Assembly (NCBI GenBank): GCA_028534125.1
Contig: CM052816.1
Span: forward strand, 101,184,001-101,248,000
DNA: 64,000 bases
Direction of reading: 5' to 3'
Source of the DNA: Lama glama
Lineage: Eukaryota
Shown here: positions 1 through 11,490 of the stretch, one piece after another
Layout of the letters: each line of letters begins with the position of its first letter
Numbering within the stretch: position 1 is the first letter of the stretch
The notes under the pieces: generated by a model
Seen by the model: the letters and a program-made list of their open reading frames with translations, nothing else
Database searches by the model: none
Told to the model about the DNA's origin: nothing
Made by a program: the position numbers and the translations under genes

Positions 1-237
1 CAAGCACCCCAATGTCTCAGCCTGGGTCTGTGTTAGGGGTGGCGGCCCTGGAGCAGGGCTTCCAGGCTGCTCCCCGAGGGGGTGCCTGATGGTGGCACTG
101 GTGCATCTGTGCCCAGAGGTCCTGGTGACTCCAGCGTCCTTGCCGCTGGGAGGCAGGGTTGGGGGGGCGCCGTGTCCCCTTACCCAGGTGAGGGGCGCAG
201 GCCCAGGTGCTGTGCTGACCCCGCACCCCGGGCGGTG

Positions 238-738
238 NNNNNNNNNNNNNNNNNNNNNNNNNNNNNNNNNNNNNNNNNNNNNNNNNNNNNNNNNNNNNNN
301 NNNNNNNNNNNNNNNNNNNNNNNNNNNNNNNNNNNNNNNNNNNNNNNNNNNNNNNNNNNNNNNNNNNNNNNNNNNNNNNNNNNNNNNNNNNNNNNNNNNN
401 NNNNNNNNNNNNNNNNNNNNNNNNNNNNNNNNNNNNNNNNNNNNNNNNNNNNNNNNNNNNNNNNNNNNNNNNNNNNNNNNNNNNNNNNNNNNNNNNNNNN
501 NNNNNNNNNNNNNNNNNNNNNNNNNNNNNNNNNNNNNNNNNNNNNNNNNNNNNNNNNNNNNNNNNNNNNNNNNNNNNNNNNNNNNNNNNNNNNNNNNNNN
601 NNNNNNNNNNNNNNNNNNNNNNNNNNNNNNNNNNNNNNNNNNNNNNNNNNNNNNNNNNNNNNNNNNNNNNNNNNNNNNNNNNNNNNNNNNNNNNNNNNNN
701 NNNNNNNNNNNNNNNNNNNNNNNNNNNNNNNNNNNNNC
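238..738. other. Assembly gap (~500 N)
   Basis: N run. The right flank is a degenerate ccctggctgtcccc-like repeat. Confidence 0.99.
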
Positions 739-1381
739 CCCACTGTCCCCCCTTTCCCTGGCTGTCCCCTTCCCTGGCTGTACCCACCAGCTGCCCCCCA
801 CCCCCCGGCTGTCCCCAGGCAGCCCTAGTGCAGACCACACAGGCCCTACAGTGTACTTGTCACTTCCAGCCCCAAGCCCAGGCCACCAGCACCCAAAGGG
901 CCTCCTCCCTAGGCCTTCTCCCAGTCCCCACTCTCTCCTCATCACCCTCCCTCCACCTCCTGCCTCCGTGGCAGCACCACTGCCTCTTGAACGTCAGCTC
1001 ACACGTTGGCACCTGGACCCCTGTGTGCCTCTTGCAGCCACGCAAGAGGTGGGTCCTGGGTTCCCCTGTCTTCTCTGGGGTCGAAATGTGATGGTGATCA
1101 CTGAGCTGACAGACAGGCGGGAAGAGACGTGCTCAGTTACCTTCCCGCCAGGGCTGAAGACAATTAAGTTAAGTCCCGGAATCCAGGAGTGTGAGAAAGG
1201 CCAGCCTCGTGCTGCAAGAGCTGAATTAGCCTCACGGGGCTGAACCGAGCTGCGGTCCAGCAGCAGCGGGCCACGTGCTCCGCGTCCACATTTGCTACAG
1301 TGATCGGCACGGCAGTCACTCGAGCGGGCCTGCGTTTTCCCGCAGGACAGGACAAATAAGACAGCACGGGGTCTGACTTAC

Positions 1382-1416
1382 GCTCCAGGTCCTTGCCACG
1401 TCCACGTGATGGTGTC
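1382..1416 (-). CDS. LPCAT1: LPCAT1 exon 7 (35 nt)
   Basis: Encodes DTITWTWQGPG(A); cag acceptor and gtaagt donor; phase fits exon 6. Confidence 0.93.
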
Positions 1417-3193
1417 CTGGGGGCAAGAAAGGTGCGGATGAATCTGGATTGGGAACCCCGCATGTGCCGCGTCCCTCCTCCTCCTGCAGGCGAGCCCGCC
1501 TCGCCCGGCCCTCCACTCAGCCCACCTCGGACCCCAGGGATGCTGGTCTCCCTCATCGCTCATGTCCACTCTGGGGCAGGACAGAAGGCGCATCTCACTG
1601 CCCCCGGGTCCCCCCAGACATGCTCACCTCTCTTCCCACAGCTGCAAGGTCACCAGTTCCAGCGTCCACCTAAGACCCAGTCCCGACCCTTTTCCCACTG
1701 TCCCCCTCCTTCCGGTATGCGTGGCACCTTCAGGCTACGGCACGGGCGCCCGCTTTGTGTGCCTGACTCTCAGACGTGCTCTGCAGGCCTTGCCCTGCCC
1801 GTCACCACCCCCCAGCCTCACGACGCTGTTGGCAGCCTCCTTCCAACTCCACACCCACCTGTGCCCCCAAAGGTCCCCCTGCCCAGACTCTCAGTCAGAG
1901 ACACTGGCAGGTCAGCCCCGGGCTCAGGAGGGGGTGGAAAGAGCACTGCTGGGCCACATCTCCCCCACCACGTGTGTGTCCAGGGCCCCGTGGGGGCATT
2001 TCCGCAGCTCTCCATCCTCAGCCTGAGCCCTGCACCAGCCACCCAGGTGAGGACAGGGGTGACATGTGTTCCAATTCTCCCCTGACACCGGTCACGTCAC
2101 CAGCCTGGGCTTCCTTTTCCTGTGGGCCTGACACCACCTGGACCCCTCCCACGGCCCCTGGCAACCCCCCTGACACAGGGCCTCCCGCAGTCCCCGGCCA
2201 GCTCCCCCCCGCCCACTGTGCAGGTCTGGGCTCGAACCCCAAGCAGCAGAAAAACACACGACACAGACTGTGAGCACAGGCAGACATCCTGCTTGGGCAC
2301 AACCGAGCCGAACGCTCCAGAAGACCCAGTGCCGTGCTTCAGATAAGTCAAAACTTAAAGGGGGAATCTAGAATGCCACACACTGACGGCGGAGTCTCCC
2401 TCTCAGAAACTGGCTAACGAACACGCCTCTTCAGAGTCACAAGAACAGTCACATCTGCTGGTTCTGACTGGCCTCCGTTTCCTGGCCGCTCTCCTGGGCC
2501 TGTCCACACCCACGGGAACAGGATCAGGGCGCAAACCTTGGACCCGACAGGCTTGGTTGGGAAACGGGTGGCCGAAAGCCCCTCATGAGCACAGATGTCA
2601 CAGGAATCCTGCCACGTCTGCACCGGCAACTCCAGAGCCCCCGGGCCATGCCCCACGTTTCTCTGGCACCGTCAGAAAGACACAGTGGACAGAGGAGGCT
2701 CAGTGTGAACGAATCCACCTTTCATCCTCTGCTGAGTGACAGTCGGCACACCTGCACCCAGGAGGGCCGGGGCACGAGCCTGGGACCCCTCAGCTCAGAG
2801 AGCCCCATGTCCACTGAGGGCCCTGCTGAGGGGGTCACAGATGCACAGAGGAGGCTCATCCCGGCCCCCCGGCCCATGAGACCGGCAGGACCTCTGAGTC
2901 CCAGCGGCTGCCCCGGGCCTCCGGCCTTCGGGACTTAAAGATTCTCAATTTCAAAACATCCTGGCATGTGTGTTGGGCAGTGAGAGCGGCTGAGGGCACA
3001 GGAGTCTCACACCAGCACGTCCGGATCGAGACTAGCCACCACTTCCTGACCCACAGGAGTGGGACATTGTGAGCGAGTGCCAGGGGAGGTTCCGAACACC
3101 GGGGTTGAAGGAAACGCGGTGCGCTGGGACGCCGCGCAGTTCTCATTCCCCGGGAATTTGCACGGACCCTTGTGCCCAGGAAAGCACACTTAC

Positions 3194-3252
3194 CAGTCTG
3201 TTTGGGTACCGCAGAACCACGGGCTGCACGGGGACGCCCGGGATGAACGCGC
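3194..3252 (-). CDS. LPCAT1: LPCAT1 exon 6 (59 nt)
   Basis: Encodes (G)AFIPGVPVQPVVLRYPNRL; cag acceptor and gtaagt donor. Confidence 0.95.
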
Positions 3253-3504
3253 CTGCGGGGCAAGGGACACCGTCTTACTTCTGGGCGGCAGGTCCTCCGC
3301 CCACCTTCGCGCGCGGGTCTCAGAACAGAACAGGCCTCTCCGCCAGGCCCTCCCAGTCAGCGGCCGGCGGTGCCCGCACGCCGTGCCCGTGTGGACACTC
3401 AGAAAGCCAGGGCGGTGGCACACAGGCACGGGGGCGCCTCCAGGCCGAGGCGTGCTGGCAGGGTGAGGGGCTCAAGGAGAACAGGAAATAAGAAAACTTC
3501 ATAC

Positions 3505-3565
3505 CAGGTTTGAAGGTGATCAGGCAGGTCCTGTTGGTACAGGTGCCTTCTGGGAAAATCATTAT
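3505..3565 (-). CDS. LPCAT1: LPCAT1 exon 5 (61 nt), acyltransferase FPEGT motif
   Basis: Encodes IMIFPEGTCTNRTCLITFKP(G); aag acceptor and gtatga donor. Confidence 0.96.
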
Positions 3566-4761
3566 CTTGAAATGGAATAAAAAGACCAGCGTTAGGGGTG
3601 GGTTCAGAGCTCACAGCGCCTCTCTGACCCTCCGACCACACTCGGCTGAACAGGGCAGCGTGCCTGTGGAAGCGCTCACTGATCTCTCTGACGACCAGCT
3701 TTACTACCATCGGGAAGCAGCCCAGCTCGTGTCCCCGTAGACGGCGGGGCTGGCAAACAGGCGGCGGTCCTGCCCACCGCACGGCTGCTGCGAGGACTGG
3801 ACACAGCTGCCCGGGGCAGGCACCCCACAAGCCCAGAGGGGGCAGGCGGGGAGCCCTGGCCGAGGATGGGGCCTTGGGCCGGGGCGCTGGGCCAGCAGCG
3901 CCAACGCCCACAGAACCAGCGGCTACGGCCGCCGTCCTCTCTGGGACTTCGGTTACTCTCTCGTGCTGCCTTCCAGTGACATAACATAAGCGAACTCTCC
4001 CCCGCGTGCTGGAAGGTCCAGCCGTGAGGCCGCTTTCACTCCTGGCCCTGGAGCCAGCACGGGTCCCACCAGGCCCGCCCGAGAGTCAGGCAGGTGAGCT
4101 GAGTGGAGGGCGGTCGACCCACACTCGGAGGGGCGGCCAGAGCACCTGGAAGCCACGGCCCCCGGGGCGGCCCATCCACGGGTGTGGGTGCCCCCAGCCA
4201 GGCCGTCGATGTCTTCTGAGCAGCCAGAACCCCACAGTTCTGTGGGATTTCCAGCTGCTCAGCGTCGGCTCAGCGGAAAGCAAACAAGAACTACAGCTCG
4301 CGTCAAATGCGACCGGGGGGAGTGTGAGCAGAGGCCCCGCCTCGCAGCCCAGCTCAGCCTCCCCGATGTCCCGGGGAGGCAGACGTCTCAGGCGAGCCCA
4401 GCCGGGGCTTCAGCAGTGCGTGGACACACCCTGCAGACTCACTGACTATTCGGGCACGAGACTGTGCAGGGAGACGGGGCGGTCAGCTCTTTCCAACTCA
4501 GAACGGACAAAAAGATTCGTTTTTAATAAAGGTGGTTGGGACCTCGAGATGCCTGAGCACTGCTTTTCACTAGTTCTTTTGTTGCTAAAACTCCGGAGCC
4601 CAAGCACCTCCTTGGACTCGCCTCCTTGAAGGTAAAACGGAGCAAAAGAAACCCCGCCTCCGGGAGGGCAGGCCTGCCCTCACACGCCTTCTTTCTCCTC
4701 CAGTCTCTGAGTTCCCGTCTTTAAGAACAGATCTGCTCAAAACGTGAGCAGGGCTGCACAC

Positions 4762-4874
4762 CTGCGGCCACTTCCCACCGGACTGCGCCCGCCTCTTGAT
4801 CTCTTCCACCGTCTTCCTGCGGGAATCCTGGTCTGATCGGGACACGAACACGGGCCGAATGTACTTTATCAGAG
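4762..4874 (-). CDS. LPCAT1: LPCAT1 exon 4 (113 nt)
   Basis: Encodes (T)LIKYIRPVFVSRSDQDSRRKTVEEIKRRAQSGGKWPQ; cag acceptor and gtgtgc donor. Confidence 0.96.
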
Positions 4875-5329
4875 CTGCAAGAGAGGAAGGGGCACTCGGG
4901 TGGGGCAGCGGCCGACGGGGGGCCGCCCACGGCGACCAGGGAGATGTGAGGCTGCAGGCGCCCGACCACGAGGGAGTCGGGGAACCACCGAAGTCCCGTG
5001 GACTCAGACGATGCCAGGGAGCCTGACAACCCCCTGGGCCAGGAGTGACAGCTCCACAGATGACGCATCAGGAGAAAGAGAAGGACGAGGCTGACCCTCC
5101 AGGGAGCAGAGAGCCTTTGGTCACCTGTGTCACCGGGGAAGGCGAGAAAGGCCCAGAACCAGAAGGGCCTGGGGCATGAGGCTTGGACCCCGCCAGCCCC
5201 ACTGTGGGTTGAGCTGTGTCCCTCAGGAAGACAGGCTGACGTCCTAGCCCAGGTGCCAGCTTCTGCAGATGCGGTCAAGTTAAGAGAAGGCTGTCCTGGA
5301 CAGGGGTGGGCCTTCACCAGCGGCTGGCC

Positions 5330-5545
5330 CCAGAAGAAGGGAGACGAGACGGACACTGAGGGAGAGAGCCCATGTGACAACGAAGGCGAAGACGAGAGAT
5401 GCGGCCACAACGGGGGATGCCCGGGACAGCTGGGGGCCAGCAAAGGCTTGGGGGGACCCGGGACGGATTCTCCCTGGAAACCGACCTGCCCACACCTCGA
5501 TTTTGGGCTCCTGGCCCCAGGGTGGTGAGACAGTGTACATTTCTT
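5330..5545 (+). mobile_element. MaLR (MLT1-like) LTR fragment
   Basis: ccatgtgacaacgaaggc ... cccacacctcgattttgggctcctggcc ... gagacagtgtacatttct resembles an MLT1 LTR 3' half; by eye. Confidence 0.55.
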
Positions 5546-7189
5546 TCTAGGTTAAGCTGCCCGGGCTGCGGCGTCTGTCATGGTGGCCCCGGGACACTCA
5601 CACAGGCCCCGTCCTAAGTGGGCGTGGCAGCCCAGGACCCCCTTGGTGAGGCCGGGGCGCCACCGTGCCAGTCCTCTCGGAGGACGGCTTGAAGGTGGGA
5701 AGGCACTTCCCGGAAGTGGAGACTCTGACCCGACAGTGAGCGGGCCCCGCCCACCTGCCCTGCCCCCGGCCCCGCCTCGCCGTGCCCAGGGCGTGCCTGG
5801 AGCTTCCTTCTGAGCACTTTCACCACTGGCAAGGAGCAGTACTTCATGACTGATTTCTTGGCGGTCTTCCAAAAAGTAAAGAGAAAACATTTTTTAAAAG
5901 AATAAAATTCCATGAAGCTGGGGCCACGGGACTCACAAAATCGAAGGCACATGGACCTGAGTGACGTTTTTTTCTGACGTCTTAAAATACTTCGCTTGCT
6001 CACCGAATTGGAACTGCTTCACCTTTCCTTGCCAACTATTCCTGACGCCGCTCAAAATGACGTGAGAAGGAAAGGGGGCTCGGGGGGAACAGCCCAGAGG
6101 GACAAGGGGACGGAGAAGTAAGTGGCCGGCCAACCATCTCAGGCTCCTCACTGTCTGGCCCGGAGCACGGCGTCCCCTCCTGGAGGGCGGGGGGGAAGGG
6201 GCCTGCAGACGTGGCCGGGGTGGGCTTTACCGGCCAGACCTGGAAGTCTCCCTTTTCTGTCTACATGGCAAAGACGGGAACACTGACGAAGAGGCTTTTT
6301 AAGCCTCTTGGATGAACTGGAAGCTGAAGGCAGAGAAGCAGAAGGGCTCTCTGGGCTCAGGCCGATGGGGAGCCCAGACTGTGCGTCTCGGGTGGCACCA
6401 CACCGGTCCCCACCCTGGAGGACCGTGCACTCTGAGGACAGAAAGGAAACGCGGCCTCGGTCCCGCGAGCCCCGAGCCACGTTTGCAGCAAGAGCTCGGA
6501 CCCCCGTTTTACTAAAAGGAAGCGTGGCAGGCGCTGCCATCAGGACCTGAGCACCAAACTCCAAGGGTTTGTAAATGCAGTGGGCTCTACAGAGAGGAAC
6601 CAGATGATGGAAAAATGGAAAAAGTCACCGGTCTGATCACTCAACTGGCCTTTATAAATCTAACTGTGAATGCATTTTGAATATTTTCAACAATCACCTC
6701 TTCACCAAAGCTGTGAGCTTTCAAAAGGTCCAAAAGTGTCATGCTTTATGGACAAGAGGGACGGCAATCACGATGGCTGGGCCACTGGGGGCCGCTCTGC
6801 ACTCGGCTCAGGGTCAAGTCAGGGGTCAGGACGGCAGCGAGGCTCCCAGAGCTCTGCCTGCCTCCTGCCCAGACAGCCCCGCCCCTGAATCCACCCCGTC
6901 ATGCTCAGCGTGACACACTGGTCACCCGACTTGGCTCAGACTAACAGGTGGAGAGGCCGGTGGGCGAGGACGTGGGCAGCACAGGCTGGGCCAGGCAGGG
7001 GGATTGGGGAGACGGAGCCCCAGGGAGAAGAAGCGGGAACAGGTGGGCCGACCCCTGAAAGGCAGCCTGAGCAGTGCTTGCTCGGCCATGGCGCGGGGTG
7101 CAGGGCATGGGGCTTGGGAAGGCATCTTCCCTGAAGAGCGAGGGGCACACAGACGGCCGCAGTGTGGTGGACCTGGGGCGCCCAGAACC

Positions 7190-7440
7190 CGCGACGCGAC
7201 CTCAGCTGGAAGAAAGGCTCTTTGCGGATGGAATTAATGAGGGTCCGGAGAAGGCGTCACCCTGGATAATCCCATGACAGGTGTCCTTGAAAGAGACACG
7301 GACACACACGGAGGAGAAGCCATGTGACGGTGAAGAGATGGAGAGGAGGCGGCCCTGAGCCCAGGACGCCTGGGGCCCCACGAGCCTCTGACGGGAGCGC
7401 AGTCCTGGCGCCCCCGGGTGGCAGCTACAACTAACGCACT
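7190..7440 (+). mobile_element. MaLR (MLT1-like) LTR fragment
   Basis: ctttgcggatggaattaa ... ccctggataatccc ... gtgtccttgaaagagacacgg ... gccatgtgacgg; by eye. Confidence 0.55.
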
Positions 7441-7739
7441 GGGACAGTTACTGAGCTGAGCCCGGCCTCTGGAACTTCTGTGTAATAAGGTAACGCGCTC
7501 GTATCAGAATCTGAAGAAGCATTTCAGCACATTACAGCCGAGGGCACTTGTGTGCTAGTAAGAAAGACCACAAGGGTATTACAGAAGTCACAACAGAGAA
7601 CAGGGACGCAAGGCCAGGCGCCGACTTCACGTGGGCGGATGTGACCTGCGTGGGTGCGTGCTGTCCTGTGCTGTAACCTGCACTGGCCAGAAGTGGGGGT
7701 TCCCTCCCAGCAGGATGGGGGCTCGTGCTCTGGGGCGGG

Positions 7740-7895
7740 GCTTACCCACTCCCAGTTGGGGGGGCTCACTCACTCCCAGCGGGGGGGGCGGGGGCTCACT
7801 CACTCCCAGTGGGGGGGGTGGGGGGCTCACTCACCCCCAGCAGGGGGGGCTGGGGGCTCACTTACTCCCGGCGGGGGGGTGGGGGGCTCACTCAC
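7740..7895 (-). repeat. ~30-bp minisatellite (5-6 units) made of copies of the exon 3 splice donor
   Basis: On the minus strand the unit is ggga-gt(g/a)agtgag-C-rich, with GT at 7895, 7865, 7834, 7803, 7773 and 7745. Confidence 0.9.
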
Positions 7896-8110
7896 TTCCC
7901 CATATCGGGATGTCTCTGCTCTCCGCCTTCATCACGATAGAGGACATTGTCATGGTGACGGGGATGGCATCGAAGTAGGAGGAGTGTGGTGCCAGGGTGA
8001 GGATGGCGGCCTCGGAGGGCAGTGCCTGCCGCCCCTTCACAGCCACGTGGTGGAAGCCGCCGGCGAACCACATGGTGCGCATGATGGCCCTGAGCAGAAC
8101 GTCCACGACC
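7896..8110 (-). CDS. LPCAT1: LPCAT1 exon 3 (215 nt), catalytic HxxxxD motif
   Basis: Encodes VVDVLLRAIMRTMWFAGGFHHVAVKGRQALPSEAAILTLAPHSSYFDAIPVTMTMSSIVMKAESRDIPIWG; cag acceptor and gtgagt donor. Confidence 0.98.
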
Positions 8111-9059
8111 CTGCAACAGAAGCGCCACGTCACAGCCAGGCTGGCAGCAGACGCACCCTGATCCCCACAGCCCGGCAGGGGCCACGCCAACTCGAGGAGA
8201 ACCGGGCCGGGGCCCACCCATCCGGCGCGTGGTCCAGGCCAGCCGGACCCGCCGGCGCGGTCACCGAAGCGTCCCGAGCAGGGAAGGAGAGGAGCTGCAC
8301 GCTCTTCCCTCTGGCTGTTTAAACATGCCTGGGACGACTCTCTCAGTCAGTCAAGGAAACCGAAGCTGGCTCTGCCACGTGGCACCCACCGCAGCTCGGA
8401 CACGGCAGGGACCCTGAGGCAAAGAGCGGGGCCCACAGCCAGATCAGAGAGATGAGACTGTCAAGGGACTGATCAGCATTCTAAGCGTCTAAGTTTTCAA
8501 CAGAAAATCATCATTAACACCTAAAACACATAACGGGACGTGGAGAGGCAGTTGGCGGGGGTCAGGAGCAGAGACCTGTGGGCGAAACTCCCCAACCTCA
8601 GTTCCCACGGGCAGCCTGACGTCCCCGGATGCAGGCGCGATGCTGTCTCCTGCCACGTGGCCCTGCGTGTGCAGCCACCTCGTGCCCCTGTGGTTGGGGC
8701 CCATCCACAACAGGCCCAGAGCAGCCCGCTATTGCCCAGGGTGATGCAGGCAACGGCGGGAAAGCCACCAACATGAGGGAGAGTGGCCTGTGGGGGCCAA
8801 GAGGAGGGCGGCAGGGCTGGCCTCCACCACCTGGCCTTCCTGCGTCATTCTGGCAAAAGTGAGAGAACTCACCCCGTCCCCAGCGAGCGCCCACAACCAG
8901 CCCTGCCCAGCTGAGGTTTGTCACCCTCTAGTGAGGGAAGTAAGAATTTTTAAAAATTAGTGAATTATGGACACTAAGTTAAAAAGAGACATTGTCCATG
9001 AAAAGGTGAAACAGGAAGGAGAGAGAGGTGAGGAGGATCAGAACAGAGAGGAGGCGGCT

Positions 9060-9620
9060 CAGGATGAAGTTGTGGGGCAGGGCTGAGGCTGCGCACTCTA
9101 GGTGGGGCTCATGCCACAGGGAGGACAGCCATGCAAAGGCCCTGAGGCAGGGGCACCCTCAGTGGGGACAGAGTGGGGAGGAGGACAGCGGGAGGGGCGG
9201 CACGTCTTGGGGGCCTGGTGGGTGCTGAAAGGCGCTGGGGATGCGGACGTGGGCGCCCCCGCAGGGCTGAGCACGGAGGGGAGCTGTGCCCCGAAGCAGG
9301 TGTGCAGGAAGCAGGAGGGCAGCTGGCAGGCTGTTCCGGGAACTCAGGTGAGTGACAATGGGGGGTGGGCAGAGCGGAGGGATCAAGGGCCTTCTGAGGG
9401 CAGTACAGGTGGGAGGCGTGAGGTGGGGGGTCCCAGTGAGGAGGGTGGAGGAGTGGCTGTAGCTAGAACAGGCAGGGACATGGGAGCCAGCTGTCCAGTT
9501 CAGATGCATTGAGCTGAGGTCACCCACAGACAGACAAGCTCGGGGTTTGGCGGGAGGAGAGCTGCTGGCTCATGGACGGTGGTCGGTGTCCCAGACCTGG
9601 ACGAGCTCACCAGGAGAGCA
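9060..9620 (-). mobile_element. L2 (LINE2) remnant
   Basis: gacagccatgcaaaggccctgaggcagg and tgtccagttcagatgcattgagctgagg resemble antisense L2 hallmarks; by eye. Confidence 0.5.
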
Positions 9621-10249
9621 CAGGATACACGAAGTCGGGGCCGGGGGGAGGGAGAAGCAGAGTGATGGGGAGAGGTCCAGATGGGGAGAGGTCCAGGAGC
9701 CCCCGACACCTCGCCTGGGGCACGACTGCGGAGGCCTGGGCCCCCGACCAGGCAGGTGTGTGAGCCATGCAGCCCGGGCCCGGCCCACCTGGGACTTTAA
9801 GACACAGCAGAGAACACAGACCTGCACGTTTCAAATGGTTTTGCTCTGAAAGGGTGCTCACAGATGGGGCAGGAGCTGGCACTGGGAGGGGTGTGGGCTG
9901 GCCTGTGTGCTGGTGGGACCCCCAACCACCGACATCGGAGAGGGGCCTGGGCCTGTCCTGGAGCAGCGAGGAGCCCGGTGGTCAGTGCCGGGACAGGCCG
10001 GCCAGGAGCAGGGGTGTTCCTGGCTGCAGGCAGGAGGTGATGCTGGGCTGCGGGGCTTCCCGGGGGCAGTTCCAAGCTGAGACACCGGGGAGTGGGGGGT
10101 GGGGAGGGCATCCCAGGAGAGCAGAGAAAAGCAAAAAGCAAGTCCAAGTTCGGGCTGCAGCCTCCTGTGTCCACGCGGCATCCTAGGGTCGCCAAGGAGA
10201 CAGACTCAGATCTGGGGGTGGGAGCCCCACACGGCCACTCGGGCAAGCA

Positions 10250-10530
10250 TCCCCCCAGGTTCCTATGTTGAAGCCCTAAGCCCCCAACCCCCGCTGTGTG
10301 ACTAGATTTGGTAAAAAGGTCCAGTGAGGTCCTGGGGAGGGGCTCTGGTCCGACAGGACCGCTGCCCTTAAAAAAGAGAAAGAGGATGGATAAGAAGGTG
10401 GGTCTGCAGCCGGGAGGAGGTGTCACCAGGAGCCGCGTCTGCCGGCACCTTGATCTCTGACTTCCAGCCTCTAAAACCCTGAGAAATGAATCCCTGCAGT
10501 TTGAGCCCCCCACCTGTGGGACGTGGCCGT
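10250..10530 (+). mobile_element. MaLR (MLT1/MST-like) LTR
   Basis: cctatgttgaagccctaagccccc ... ctgccggcaccttgatctctgacttccagcctctaaaaccctgagaaatgaat ... tttgagccccccacctgtgg. Confidence 0.7.
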
Positions 10531-11074
10531 CACACCGTCCTCCCAGACCGCGAGCTGGCCGAGGGCAGTGCCCACGGGAGCAGCCTGCCTGGCTCAGGGG
10601 TCAGCCTGCTGGCCGGGTTTTGTAAGAAGATGCTGCGGTTTTTACAACACTTTGTGTTTTGAAACATACAGCAAGTGTCTTTTATGAAATTGTGTCATTC
10701 CTCCTCTCACTGAAAACCTAAGATATATTTTTGGAAAGTCTGAATGACGCTTACATGCAGCAAAAAGCCTCCCCAGTGCAGCACCAATCTACTCAAAACC
10801 GCACCGCTGTGCGCGGTGCGAAACAAGGCGCCCCCAGCTGCCGGCACGGTGCCTCCACCCCGGACCCTGTTACTTCAAGCCGGTCTCCTCCCAGCCCCCT
10901 GGGGCTCGAGCCCAGCCGCTGCTGTCTCCGCGTCTCCTCTGAGGAGCTCAGCGCCCGGTGTCTGTGCTCATCTCCCCGGAGACCCGACCTGGCCCAGGGC
11001 CGCGCTCTGAGCTCTCGATGAACACTGCTGCGTGGACACCCCGAGGGCTGCGCCAGGCGGCGGGGACTCAGCGT

Positions 11075-11490
11075 GCGCGACGTATGCAGCTGGGGTCCAC
11101 ACCAGTACACGTGCACCCACGTGCATACACACATGCTTCCATGCACACGTACACAGGCACACAGGCACAAACACGTGCACACATACGTACACACAGACAT
11201 GCACATACACTCGAATGCATTATGCACACACACGTACTCAAACCCAAGTGCACATACAAAAGATGCAGTCAGCCCCCACGGACCTGAACGGCCAGAGTTC
11301 CCGAGAAACTTACAAAACCCCCGCACCTCCCTGCGCAGGGCCCGCCAGGTGTGCACGTCACACACACGGGCATAACACACACATGCTCACGGGCACATCA
11401 CACACACGTCATGCGTGCACATCACACGTGCATGCGGGCGTGTCACGTGCCACATGTGCACACCACACACTCACACACATGCACCTCACA
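11075..11490. repeat. Degenerate (CA)n/(CACG/CATG) low-complexity tract in LPCAT1 intron 2
   Basis: Two blocks of mostly alternating purine/pyrimidine sequence with several CACGTG. Confidence 0.8.

Noticed and set aside
17-1243. ORFs spanning N runs (also 17445-18332 and 48834-49649)
   Set aside because: Artefacts of reading through assembly gaps.
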